From Calcarisporiella thermophila CBS 279.70 (taxonomy: Eukaryota > Fungi > Calcarisporiellomycota): 64,000 nt of DNA. The notes below the pieces were generated by a model. That model was not told the origin of the DNA and did not search any database. It saw only the letters and a list, made by a program, of their open reading frames with translations. How positions within the stretch are numbered: position 1 is the first letter of the stretch; each line of letters opens with the position of its first letter. This document shows, piece after piece, positions 26,652-38,597 of the stretch. Location: NCBI RefSeq assembly GCF_041956535.1, contig NW_027192218.1, positions 77,728 to 141,727 on the forward strand, in the 5' to 3' direction. A program made the position numbers and the translations under genes.

Positions 26652-29106
26652 TTAAAAATCAAACTCTGACCGAAAAGCCCCTAGATTCTTCCGGTCACAG
26701 TGCACGGCAAGATCCTCCCGGCTTTGCATCATGAGCACCGAGCGAAGGGTATCCCACACGCCCTCACTTGAATTGACCATCGACTTTGGAAGGGCGGGCA
26801 GCTGCTCGTCAGAGGTCCCCACCTGACCGGCCTGCAATGCCAAACATCCAAGCAGGTGCTCGGTCGCCTCTCGGTACTGTCCCAAATTCATGCTGCTGAT
26901 GGCCAGGTTATAGCGCGCTCGGATGTAGGACGGCTGGATATCGAGGGCATTGAAATACGCCTCGATGGCGCGTTGGGGCTCTCGGGCGTTAGCCAGCGTG
27001 GCTCCGAGTTTATTCCATAGAAAGTAGTCGTCCGGCCGGGTTGCCAATGCGGCCTGGAAGCAGTCGACCGCCTTCATGTACTCGCCACTCACGTTGAACA
27101 TCACCCCAAGCCCAATCTGAACATCCGCGTCCATCTCGGGGCCAGGGCGGGACCTTGCCGCTTCCAGGAACAGCGAGGACACAAAGGTGTGTCGATCGCC
27201 ATTGATTCGCATCTTGCCCTGCCGCTCGAGGATGGGGGAGTATTTCTCGTGGTTCGCGATCCAGTTTTCAAGCGCATCGTATGCATCAAGCCGGCAGTTC
27301 TCATTCGTGTACGAGGCGGCGATCGCCATCCATGCCTCCAGATCCCGGGGGTTAAGCTGTAGTGCGCGGCGAAGGGCGGCAATGGCGGCCTCGTCCCGCT
27401 CGTTTTCCTGCTGTCGGATACCGAGCTGGCACCAAGCATCCGAGTTGGAGGGATCCTGTTGCACGGCCGCCTCGAGCCTTAAAATGCTATCCATAAGATC
27501 GGCTCCTGGGGTGCCGACCGCCACCGAGGTGGCCAGGTATGGGTTATTCGGCTCAAACTCGTAGTTGTCGTATCTGGGATTGTCGGCTCGATACCCAAGT
27601 CCGCTCGTGTCCCGGAACTTCTCCCAATCCTTCTGAAGAGACTCCCACTCGATGTCTTGCGGCTCCTGGGCGAGGTGCCCGATATTGCGCTTGTATTCCT
27701 CAACCCATTGCTCGAAATCGTACTTGCTTTGTTGCAGCACCTGCTCCAGCTCATCCGACCCTTCCTGCTGGAACTCCTCCGCCCAATTCTCCTGCGCTGT
27801 CCCCCCCGAAAATTCCGTGGCCCAGTCGGTGGCTCCCGTGTGTGCGGTGGCCGCGACCGAGGAGACTTCGTCGGGCCGCTCGAACTCCTCTGTCCAGTTG
27901 CGGTCAAGCTGCTTTGCAAACTCATCCGACCACATCCTGCCGTCCCCGGCCTTACCAATATGCTGTTCGAACTCCGAGATCCAGCTGGGATCACTGGCAT
28001 TCGCTTGCTGTGACCGAGATTGTTGTTGCCCGAATTCGTCCGCCCAAGAGGTCGATGCTTTCGCATTCTCCACTACCTTGTTTCCCTGGATGGTCACCTC
28101 CTGGTCGCGGAGTTTCCGCATGAAATTCATGAAATTAGAGGTTTGGAATTTGGGGTTGCTCGAATCCACGGATTCAACCAGGAGCCCTGCAGTTTTCGCC
28201 AACGACTCTGGAGAGTCTTCGGTGGCGTGCTCCTGCTGGAATTCTGTTGCCCAGGACTCCTGTGCGGCAAACTCACGTTCCCAATCGACACCTGGAATGA
28301 ACATTTTTGGGTTGAAGTAGACATTTTTTAAAAAAAGAAAAAGTGAGAAGTATACCTTGTTTGGCCGCATCAAAAGCCTTCTCAAAGGCCTCTTGAACTG
28401 TGGGGTCCACTGGGCCTAAGGCAGTCTGATGATGAAACTGCTCAAACTCCTTATGCCAATCATCTACCAGCACAAAAAATACAATAGATAAGGATTCATC
28501 TCACAAATATTGCTGGAATAAAAGGCCAGTATTACTCATCGCGTGGGATCGGTTAAAGACGGCCTCAAATTCTTGAAAATCTTGCGGTGGCAAAGGATGC
28601 ATCCCTTCGGAATGTTGCATAAAATCTGCTGCCCAGTCCGATCCGGGCGGGGCATTAGCTGCGACAGGATGTAATGCATCAAGTTCTTTGGACATTTCGG
28701 AGAATGTAAAGTGATCCCGTGGAAGCCGCATGCTTTCTTCTTGAAAGAATGCATCTGAAAACTGGATATGTAAAAGAAGATGGAAAAACAATTTACTTAA
28801 CATAATCAAGTAGGTAGAAATAGCCTGTGTTCAATTACCTCTTGTTCTGACGGTAGATTGGGGCCCATTTTCATAGATCTGATGCCTGTAGCGCGGGAAC
28901 CGTCCTGTCTTTCTGGGACGAATCGCTCCTATAGTAGCGCGGGATCAGAATGTAAAAGTAAGCAACCTTGATATGAGGCATAGAGCTAACTCTATGATGC
29001 GTACCTGTTGATGTGATCGATCCCTCATAAATTGCTTTGTCAATCCAGTTACGGCATTGGAAGGCCCGCATTCAGGGCCTCCTTGTACCAGCTGTGATAG
29101 CGACAT
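26652..29106 (-). CDS. PEX5: Peroxisomal PTS1 receptor Pex5, multi-exon
   Basis: N-terminal conserved Cys (GPECGPSN), many WxxxF/Y motifs, TPR domain (LEAAVQQDP, LGIRQQENERD, LWNKLGATLAN, YIRARYNLAIS). Confidence 0.95.
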
Positions 29107-29452
29107 GATATAGGGGTGATCTGATGTATGAAGTGTGATGTCTCTATTATGCCAAATATATTTTTAAGATTCACGAGACGATTCCTTGGTTACAGATGGA
29201 TATCAGTGATCGTGGATGGAAATTAAGAGTACAAGATCTACAAGCTACTACGAGGTGGAGTAGTTTTAGGATGGGATAGCTTATTAAAAGGGGCACAAAG
29301 CATGTGAAGAAACCAAACCTAACCTAGCCTACTCTCGCTCGCAAGTCACAATTGATGGTAAACAAAACTGTTTGATTTTTGCAGAGTGGACAGAAGCTAA
29401 ATAGTACTATATTGCCTCAATTGGATCCAACTTGAGTCGTCCAGACACAATC

Positions 29453-31225
29453 ATGAGCTCTAAAAAGGCGGTAATTGCTGACAAGAATGTCGCAAAAGAG
29501 CAGCAAGATGGCGATTTTGTCATTAAACCAGAAAAGTAAGCAATTTTTTAATCTGTTTCCTCCAATTTCTGCTGGATTAGAGCTGATCAACAACCTTGTG
29601 TCATTCTACAGCGTGAAGCCTACACTTGACACCAGCAAATGGCCATTGCTTTTGAAGGTGAGTGCGCATCCGATTGTTTCCCACATTATCCCCATATCTA
29701 GACCTGGGCCATATTCATCCCTTCTCCTTATTCGCTAGAATTACGATAAACTCAACGTCCGCACTGGACACTATACGCCCATTCCGGCTGGGTGCTCTCC
29801 ATTGAAGCGTCCCCTGCAAGAATATATCCGCACTGGTGTTATTAACCTCGATAAGCCTGCCAATCCCTCATCACACGAAGTTGTGGCGTGGATTAAGCGC
29901 ATCTTGCGTGTTGAAAAGACAGGCCACTCGGGCACTCTTGATCCCAAGGTTACTGGATGTCTGATCGTGTGCATTGACCGTGCCACACGCCTTGTTAAAT
30001 CCCAACAAAGTGCAGGAAAGGAGTACGTGTGTGTTGTGCGTCTGCACGATGCAATCGAATCAGAGAAGAAGCTCGGGGCTGCCCTTGAGACCCTCACCGG
30101 CGCTCTTTTCCAGCGTCCTCCGTTGATTTCGGCTGTCAAGCGTCAGCTGCGTGTGCGAACCATCCATGAGAGCAAGCTGATTGAGTTCGACAACGAGAGG
30201 CACCTGGGAGTGTTTTGGGTGAGCTGCGAGGCTGGAACCTACATCCGTACGCTGTGTGTGCACTTGGGGCTGTTGCTGGGCGTGGGAGGTCACATGCAAG
30301 AGCTCCGCCGGGTGAGGAGTGGAGCGTTGTCGGAGAACGATGACATGGTCACGATGCATGACGTGCTGGACGCACAGTGGGTCTATGACAACACAAAGGA
30401 CGAGAGCTATCTCCGCCGGGTGATCCGCCCCCTCGAATCCCTGCTCACCGGGTACAAACGCATTGTTGTAAAGGACAGCGCCGTGAATGCGATCTGCTAT
30501 GGGGCCAAGATGATGATTCCCGGTTTGCTGCGCTACGACTCCGGCATCGAGATCAACGAGGAGGTCGTGCTGATGACGACCAAGGGCGAGGCGATTGCCA
30601 TTGCCATTGCCCAGATGTCGACCGCTGAGCTCGCCACCTGCGAGCACGGTGTCGTCGCCAAGATCAAGCGGTGCATCATGGAGAGGGACACCTATCCACG
30701 CAAGTGGGGATTGGGCCCGAAGGCAATGGAGAAGAAGAAGTTGATCAGCGAAGGGAAGCTGGATAAGTATGGGCGCAAAACCGACGCCACCCCCAAGGAG
30801 TGGAAGGATGGATACGTCGAGTACGGAAACGAGAGCCGGGCGAAAGAGGACGAGGCGATGGAGGTCGATGCGAAGACCCCGGTTAAGAAGCCCCTGATTG
30901 AGGAGGTGAAGTCGGATAAGAAGCGCAAGCTGCAGGAGGAGTCCGCCTCCTCTTCCTCCGAGGACGAGGCCGAAGACAAGGAGGAGAAGAAGAAGAAGAA
31001 GAAGGAGAAGAAGGAGAAGAAGAAGAAGGCTAAAGACGAGGGCGAAGAAGTTGAGGTTTGTATCATTTTTTCCTTCTTCTCCACTCGATGCTCGATCCCA
31101 GCCGTACTAACCTAACCTTGACTCTTCTCCCCTCTTAGACACCCAAAAAGTCCAAGAAGGCAAAGACAGAAGAAAAGGGTAGCGAAAAGAAGAAGAAGAA
31201 GAAATCCAAGACCGACGACGAATGA
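29453..31225 (+). CDS. CBF5: H/ACA pseudouridine synthase Cbf5/dyskerin, multi-exon
   Basis: [29 protein letters not shown] domain, KKE-rich tail. Confidence 0.97.
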
Positions 31226-31742
31226 AAGCAATGAGCAAAACCTAAAAAATTTCACTTGAGAATAACACTTTTTTGACTTTTATCGTTTATGTAGCATTCT
31301 CTTTTATTTTTCGAGACATTTTTTTTATATTTTTGATTTTTTTTATTATTAAGGGTGGGTCTGTGTGAATAAAATAATCCATGCCAAGGTTTAGATGACG
31401 ATCTATGCGTCTAAGGAGAGGGGAGAATACATTCGGGAAGAGGGAAAGGGAAAAATAATATATGCGCATGTTGCTCCTTGGCCCCCCCAAAGCTCCCCCG
31501 AATGGAATCCCGTTGGAAAAATTTATAGTACCGAGTGGGGGGGGAGGGGCTACGTCACCTCCCTGAGTCGATGGAATTTAAGGTCGCTTTGTTTTTCTTT
31601 GTTTTCCTTTTCTTCCCAGTAAAAAGAAATATCAAAGACACCTCGTCTTTTCACTACACGATTTTCTTTTTTTTTTTTCCTCCCTGCTTTTTCTGTTAAA
31701 GAGACAGTGCTTTGCGCCCACCAAACCGCAATCTTGTCGTTC

Positions 31743-31859
31743 ATGTTTTTAGCATCACTTAAAATCCCGTGCAGTAGTAGAAGAAAAGATCCGCTTATTC
31801 AGTTTATAGGTCACTGTAATTTCTCTCTTGAATCACCAACATGGCAACCATCAACATAA
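31743..31859 (+). promoter_or_regulatory. Poor-context upstream ORF (38 aa) overlapping the eIF5 start codon out of frame
   Basis: ttcATGt (-3 T, +4 T) is open through the main AUG at 31841 (aacATGg) to TAA at 31857-31859. Confidence 0.65.
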
Positions 31860-33287
31860 GACGTGATGTCAAGGATAGTTTCTATCGGTACAAGATGCCG
31901 CGCCTTGTCTCTAAGGAAAGTTTGCTTCTGCACTGGCCTGATCAACCACCCCCCCTCCTACATCTTATCTAATCACATGATTTTCCTCTAATGTAGGTCG
32001 AAGGTAAGGGGAATGGCATCAAGACCGTAGTCCCTAATATGGCCGATATTGCCCGCTCGCTCAGCCGTCCCCCAGCTTGTAAGTGGACCCAAAATCAGCT
32101 CGCTAATACACCGATCCGTTTTTGTTTACCCCTTCTTTTTCATATAGATCCGACCAAATACTTCGGCTGCGAGCTTGGTGCGCAAACCAAGTGTGATGCC
32201 AAGAATGACCGCTACATCGTGAATGGGGCCCATGATGCAGAGAAATTGCAGGAGCTGCTTGATGGCTTCATCAAGAAGTTTGTTTTGTGCCCATCCTGCC
32301 AGAACCCAGAGACCGATCTGGTGAGAATCATCCTGCTATTTAATTCCAAGAGGTAGTATATTGTACTGAACTCTGCTTGCCTATGGTGTTGGAAATCAAT
32401 AGATCATCACCAAGGACCAAAACATTCTGCGCGATTGCAAGGCCTGTGGTCAGCGCCAGCCTGTTGACATGCGCCACAAACTGGTCGCCTTCATCCTCAA
32501 GAATCCTCCGGATGATGGCAAGTCCGGCAAGAAGGACAAAAAATCTGCCAACGGCACGGCCTCGGCCAACGTGGGCGGAGGTGACCTCTCGTCCGTGACG
32601 GCCGTAGCTGCAGCGACCGGATCCGAGCCCGCTTCGGCCGCGAATTCGGACGATGAGACGACCGGGATTTTGAAGGAGGCCCACGAGCTGTTGCCGACCG
32701 CCGAGGAGGTCGAAGTCGCGGAGGACGACTGGGCGGTCGACATGTCCGAGGAGGCAGTTGCTGCTCGCATGCGTGAGATGGCCCTGCGGGACAATGGCGA
32801 TGATGATGATGAGGGCGGTCCTCTGGACCAGTTCGGAGACTGGCTGCTTGAGAACCGGTCTGCTTCCGACGCTGACATCTACAAGCGGGCGGAAGAGCTG
32901 GGGATCGCCGGGAAGAGCCGGGCAGTGGCGGTGGTTGCACAGTGCCTTTTCGATGAGAAGATTCTGCAGCAGATCGGACAGCGTCGCAAGTTGCTGTTGA
33001 AGCTTGTCTCGGCCGGCGAGAAACATCAGCGCGCACTGCTTGGGGGCATCGAGCGCGTCATCGACGCCAACCGTACCCTGATGCCCAAGGTTGCCATGAT
33101 CCTCAAGAAGCTGTATGACGAGGACCTCGTGGAGGAGGAGATTTTCCTCAAGTGGGGAGAGCGGGCGAGCAAGCGGTACGTCGACAAGGAGACAAGCAAG
33201 GCCATCCGCAAGGCGGCGGCCAAGTTCCTGGAGTGGCTAGAGAATGCGGAAGAGGAGGACGATGACGATGAAGAGGATGACGAATAG
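31841..33287 (+). CDS. TIF5: Translation initiation factor eIF5, 4 exons
   Basis: [14 protein letters not shown]|[20 protein letters not shown], zinc finger CPSC...CKAC, W2 domain ([22 protein letters not shown]). Confidence 0.97.
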
Positions 33288-34180
33288 ACAAAGGATACGA
33301 TACAGCACGGTCCTCCCCCCTCTCTTCCTTCTTCCCCCGTACTCGGTGTGAAGTGTGAAAAGTGAAACTACGAAACGAAAAAAAAAAAAAAAATAAATAA
33401 TAATAATTGAATTTCATGGTGAAAACATCGAAAGGGAAAACCTGTTGGTGTGATCACTGGAATATTATATTTTCTTCCTCTTATTATATTTCTACCTTCT
33501 AGTTTCTATTTTTCATCATGATATTTACATATTCGGTAGCGTATGGTTTATTTTTCTCTTTCTCTCTTTCTTTTCTCATTCTTTCTCTACTCTCTTATTT
33601 TTCTAAATAGGATGAAAACAGTATTTTTCCTAAAGTAACAAAAAAAAATAAAAATAAAAATAAAAAGAGTATAACTAAAACAGCAAACATCATTTTTTTA
33701 TATATAGAAAAAGAAAATAAAAAAAACACCTTGAAAGACGAATTATATATACAAATGATAACAAAAAAAGATGTGGTATCATTTTATCACGCACAGGCAT
33801 CACTACTCATGAGGGAGAGATGGAGAAAGGGAGGGAAAAACAAGGGGGGTGGGGGGGAGCAAAGAGGATGTGTAAAAAGAAGTAATGCTTCTACTCTGAC
33901 GACGAAACAGACAAATAAAAAAAATATATAAAGAAAAAATAAAAAATAAAGATAGATTACAGAAGAAAGATTTGTATCAAAAATCATCCTGAACCGTCTT
34001 TCAAGCAATGGACCTCTCGTGTGCATCGCCCGTCCTCTCCAACAACCAAACATGAGGAGTAGTAGAGGTGATTCGCCTGGTGCTCTTGCTGTCGACTAGG
34101 CTCCCCCTCTCCTCGCCTCCTCCTTCTACCCCTCTTTCCCCATAAACGAGAGCTGGGAACATTCATCCGAGCGGCCGTGG

Positions 34181-35813
34181 TTATCTATTGGCGCCGCCCT
34201 TCGAGAGCGGCGACGGGTTGTGGGTGGAACGGGGTGGGGGTAATGGCCAATGGTAGGTGACCGAGGCTGAGGTAGGGGTGTTGAGCATGTTGAAAGGGGA
34301 GGGGAGCTCGTTGTTCTGGTAGAACTCGGGATAGAACGTGGAGGGGGAGGGCAGATTAGGGGCGAACTGGGAGGAGGCTAGTGCGGGGGCCGTGTCGGGA
34401 GCCGAAGATATTAGCGCCATGTGGGCCGAAGACTCGTGGGATTCTTCAGGCCGACCATCCTTTGCGTCCTTGGCTGGCTCCCCGCCGTGGTTGTCGGGAG
34501 GAGGCTCATTTTGGTGCTGCTCGACTCTTGCGTTAGACGCCGCCTGCGATTCAATCTCGCCCCTACTCTGCCCATCAAGAAGACCGCCGCTCTCGCCGTG
34601 GTCACCCTCATTCTCGTGCTTGGTCTCGTCCCCTTCTTCGTTAGCCGCACCCGGATTATGTGGTGCGCCATGCTGATTCCCAGTGGGGATGGTGAGCCGC
34701 AGTCGTGGGCGTTTAAGCGGTGGGCCCAGGTGGGCTGCCCCCATCTGAGCAGGATAGCCCGCACTTCCCGCCGCGGCTGCTCCCGCGGTATAGAGCTGCG
34801 CCATTTGAGAGGAATACCCCCCTCCGTACATCCCGTATTGAGGCATAGGGGGTGGGAGGAAGCTTCCTTGCGCCTGCTGCGCATGTGAGGGCATAAAGCT
34901 CATACCCTGCGCAAATGGGGGGTAGGGCTGTTGCCCATTCAGCGCAAACCCGGCCATCTGAGACGGTTGCTGAGGGGGGGTCGGGTGGGGCGGGGGGTGA
35001 GACGTTGCGGCGGAGGTGGTAGGAAGACTGGTTGCAGGCTGGGCAGGGGGTGGTTGCGGCGAGCGTTGTATCAGCTAATCAGGGCATTTTTTTTAAATTC
35101 AAAGAGTGAAGAGGGAGCAAGCAGAGAACTGAGCGTAAGCATTGAGCTAGATCCACGTTAGTAATGGGGGAGCAAACCTTTTTGGGATTGGAGGCGGAAG
35201 CCTCAACGGGAAACTCGTCTTCATTGTCCTCGTTCAATTCGAAGCCATCCTCATCTTTATCGCCGTCCTTATCGTTAGTCATGTTGGCAAACTGTGTTAT
35301 GAATGAAGTGGGATGAGTAATCTTGATCCAAGATCAAATTCAATAATCCTGAACTCACGTCATAATTTGTCCGACTCTCGATGGAGCCTTTGTACTAGAG
35401 ATCGAGAGAGGATGAAAATGAATTCGAATCGTCAATGCACGCATTTCAATGCACACGCAGAACACATACCTCAGTATACCGGTACAGCACCTTGTCAATG
35501 TTGGTGCTTGCATACTGGACCACCTTGTTATTAGGCCCGAAAATAATAAGGCCGATCTCGCAGTCGCAGAGCACGCTAAGCTCATATGCCTTCTTCATGA
35601 GGCCATATTTGCGCTTGAGAAATGTAACCTAGTTAGGAGAAGGAGGGGGCAAGGGGAGAGAGGGGAGGGAATGACCGGGTTAGCCGACGATTCGGGGATA
35701 TCACGAGGGCGACCAGCTGGGAGGGCCGGCCGGATGCCCACATTCAACCAAGCAAGTACCTGTCGATTACGCTCGTCTTGCAATCGCTCAATACGGATCT
35801 TGCGGCGACCCAT
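34181..35813 (-). CDS. RLM1: MEF2-type MADS-box transcription factor (Rlm1-like), multi-exon
   Basis: [18 protein letters not shown]|[38 protein letters not shown]; MAPK docking-like [10 protein letters not shown]; [18 protein letters not shown]. Confidence 0.9.
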
Positions 35814-36157
35814 GATCAATAGTGCTTGAGTGAATACTAGAGGGTGTTATTTAAATAAGGGAGCTGAACTGCCTAAGATCGACCAGCACAGCAAATATGA
35901 GACAAAAAAAAATAAAAACAAAAAAGGTCAAGTGAGAAATCCTGGAATTATGGAGGGGGGATTCTGGACTTGCAAGGATCTATACCTTGCTCGCAAACTA
36001 ATAGCGACGGGAGCCACTCGATTGCCAGATTACTAACTCTTGGAGCCTGCCGGAGCCGACAAATGGATCGTTGGAGGGGAAGAGCAAGTTGGAAATGGCG
36101 GGGAAAAAAGTTGGTCGCAACTTAAGAATAAAAATTTTAAAAAAATTTCCAGACATG

Positions 36158-36167
36158 CTAAAAATAA
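36158..36167. promoter_or_regulatory. Consensus MEF2/Rlm1 binding site CTAAAAATAA upstream of the MEF2 gene
   Basis: Exact match to YTA(A/T)4TAR, about 345 bp upstream of the ATG. The region is AT-rich, so a chance match is possible. Confidence 0.4.
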
Positions 36168-36385
36168 CTTGTGTAACGTAATGGCTCAATGGTTCAATGC
36201 AAAGAGGTGATGTAAAGATGAGTGCAAAAAAGTCAACCCAAGAAACAAAGCATCGAGATCCATGGTAAATTACTTGTTCGTTGTATTTGGCCATAATCGA
36301 CAAAGACATATCAACATATCACAGGGCGGAAGCAGAGGAGATAAGCGGGAGAGTCATGTACAAAAAAGAGAGTGGATTAAAGCAA

Positions 36386-36438
36386 GGCGGGAAGGGGGAA
36401 GGGGGGGGGGGGGAGGGGAGGGGAGGGGGGAAAGGGGG
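36386..36438 (+). repeat. G-rich purine tract (G-quadruplex-capable)
   Basis: ggcgggaagggggaaggggggggggggg-aggggaggggaggggggaaaggggg; at least 6 runs of 3 or more G. Confidence 0.7.
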
Positions 36439-36552
36439 CTTAAAATCAGGATACAAGTTTCAAACACGATATCGATAGAAGAAATAATTTATACAATGCG
36501 GGTGGATATTTTCTTTTGATTATCTCGAGAGGCCATCGGGCGGAGCGGGGGC

Positions 36553-38597
36553 TCAGACCACTAGGCCGGCTGACATCCTCTCCTCACCATCCCCTTCGCC
36601 TCCCGCGGTCGACAGGTTCAATTGGGCCATACACTCCTGAATCTCGTTGATTTGCTTGGGCGACAGGAGCGGAGGAGTGTGCACCGTCTCTCTCCGATTC
36701 GTGGCCTCCATGTCCAGAGGCCGTCTCTCGGCTCCTCGCTCGGGCTTCTCCCTGTCTCTTTCCCTCTCGCGGTCCCTCTCTCTTCCTCGCTCCCGCTCGC
36801 GCCCAGGCTTGCGCTCCTCCTCCTCCTCGCCCCCACTCGACCCACCAAAGTGCCCGAACCCCGTGGTAAATCCGGGGAACTTCAGCACGCTCCGTTTCCC
36901 AATCCGGCGGCGCGCCACATTCTTGACCTGGTGGGGGAAGCTGCGGAACGTGAAGTGTTCGAGACGGCGGGTGTACGGCGAGATGGTGTGGTTGGAGTTC
37001 ATAAGGGCCGCCAGCTGCGCGGCCATGGCGTTGTCCGCGGGCTGCAGCACAATCTCGCCCGGGTCGACCACCCCCCCCACCCCGTTGTACTCCCCGCCCA
37101 GGGCCAAGGCATCGTACTCGGTGCCGGGGGTAGCAAAGGGATCCGCGCCGAAAGCAGAGAAGACCTCCTGGCTCTCCATGACCCGCGGCTCATGGAAACC
37201 GCCGGTCTCCTCGTGTGCATCCGAGAAGTAGAGCTGTTGATGCTCTCGGGGCATGGCCGGGGGCGACATGAACCCGCTGCCACTATAACGTGAGGGCGTG
37301 TCGCTGATGGAGGAGAGCGGTCGCCGCCGCGATTTTTTCTTCTTGGCGGACTTGCCGCCCTCTGAGAGGGCCGACGAGAACTTGGCGGGCAGAGAGGTCG
37401 TGCTGGAAAGCGAATTCCGTCTGCGTAGCCGATCGAGCGTGATCTGGCTTTGGCTGTGGTAGACCCGTGTACTTGCAGGCTCCTCCTTCTTCGTCTCCAC
37501 CAGCTTCTTCAAGCCCTCCTCGCCTCGCGCGTACAAATCGCGAATCCCGCGGTAATTGGATAGCATGTACAGCTCGCCTCGCTCCTCCAAGTCCCCCCAG
37601 CTGCCACGCATGCCCTCTGCATAAGAGTACGAGGAAGGAGATTTTGCAGGATGGGATGCGCGCCCAAGGTCTGGCATGGACATGGTCTCTAGCGCCGGAT
37701 CGCCTCCAATGCCGGAAAACGACCCGTTCGACGAGCTCACACGCGACATTCCTACTCCTCCTCCCATGGAAGCCCCCAGCATCCCATTGGCACCACCACT
37801 GCTCTCCTTCGCTTGCTGTCTGCGAATCCACTGTTGACTTATCTCATGGATGACGGTGGGGAGCTGCTCTTGGAACACGGTGCGCAGTGTCCGCTCGATC
37901 TCTTCCTGTAGGCGCGCGCGCACACTAGTTATGCTATCAAACGTGGAGGAGACCTCCACGCTCTCGAGGGGGTCGTTTTTAAACACAAAAGTGACGCCTT
38001 TCTGCTTGGAAATAACAAGGACAATGATGGCTCGAAGACGGAGATTAGAGAGGCGGAGCAGCATGGGAACGATAAGCGGCTTGTCTGCGGCAAGAATGCC
38101 GGGACGAGTGTAGTGGCTGACTGGTGAATGAGACGCCGTCATTGGATTAGCCTAAGATCACGAGAGAGCCGTGTAGAGGACAAATGGAGGAGGCGGGGGG
38201 TTAGACAGAGTTGAGACGTCAAAACAAAAGGAAGAGAGGAAGCTAATCGCGGGCATCACTTACCTGAACTTTGGTTTGCAGCACAATGTAAGCATCCCCA
38301 CTGTAGGTCATCTTGAAAATGCCGCGGAATTTGTCCATGGCCAGATCTCCAATTTCAAGCATCTCTAAATCAGGCGGCTTGAGAACCAATACAATCCCTT
38401 ATGAGCCTTGTTCCGTTTCAGATTTCTAAACAGCATCAAGAATAAATCACCTGAGTCCCAAGGTCCAGCTCCTTCACCGTGATGTCATCGACAATGCTAG
38501 ACGGCTTGGCGCCCTTGTTCAGGGCAGCAGTAAGCGTCCGCTTTGCATCCTCCACAAAATCGGACGTAAATGCTGACCAGTTGAATTTAAATGCCAT
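36553..38597 (-). CDS. MDM34: ERMES subunit Mdm34 (SMP domain), 3 exons
   Basis: MAFKFNW...[23 protein letters not shown]|[31 protein letters not shown]|ANP; [22 protein letters not shown]. Confidence 0.95.

Noticed and set aside
27101-28331. Many long overlapping or antisense ORFs over PEX5 (likewise over CBF5, eIF5, RLM1, MDM34 and the LPMO)
   Set aside because: These are shadow ORFs expected from GC-rich codon bias in the real gene, and they have no recognisable motifs.
31571-31699. Further upstream AUG-initiated ORF before eIF5
   Set aside because: It probably starts upstream of the pyrimidine-rich transcription start region and ends before the main uORF.
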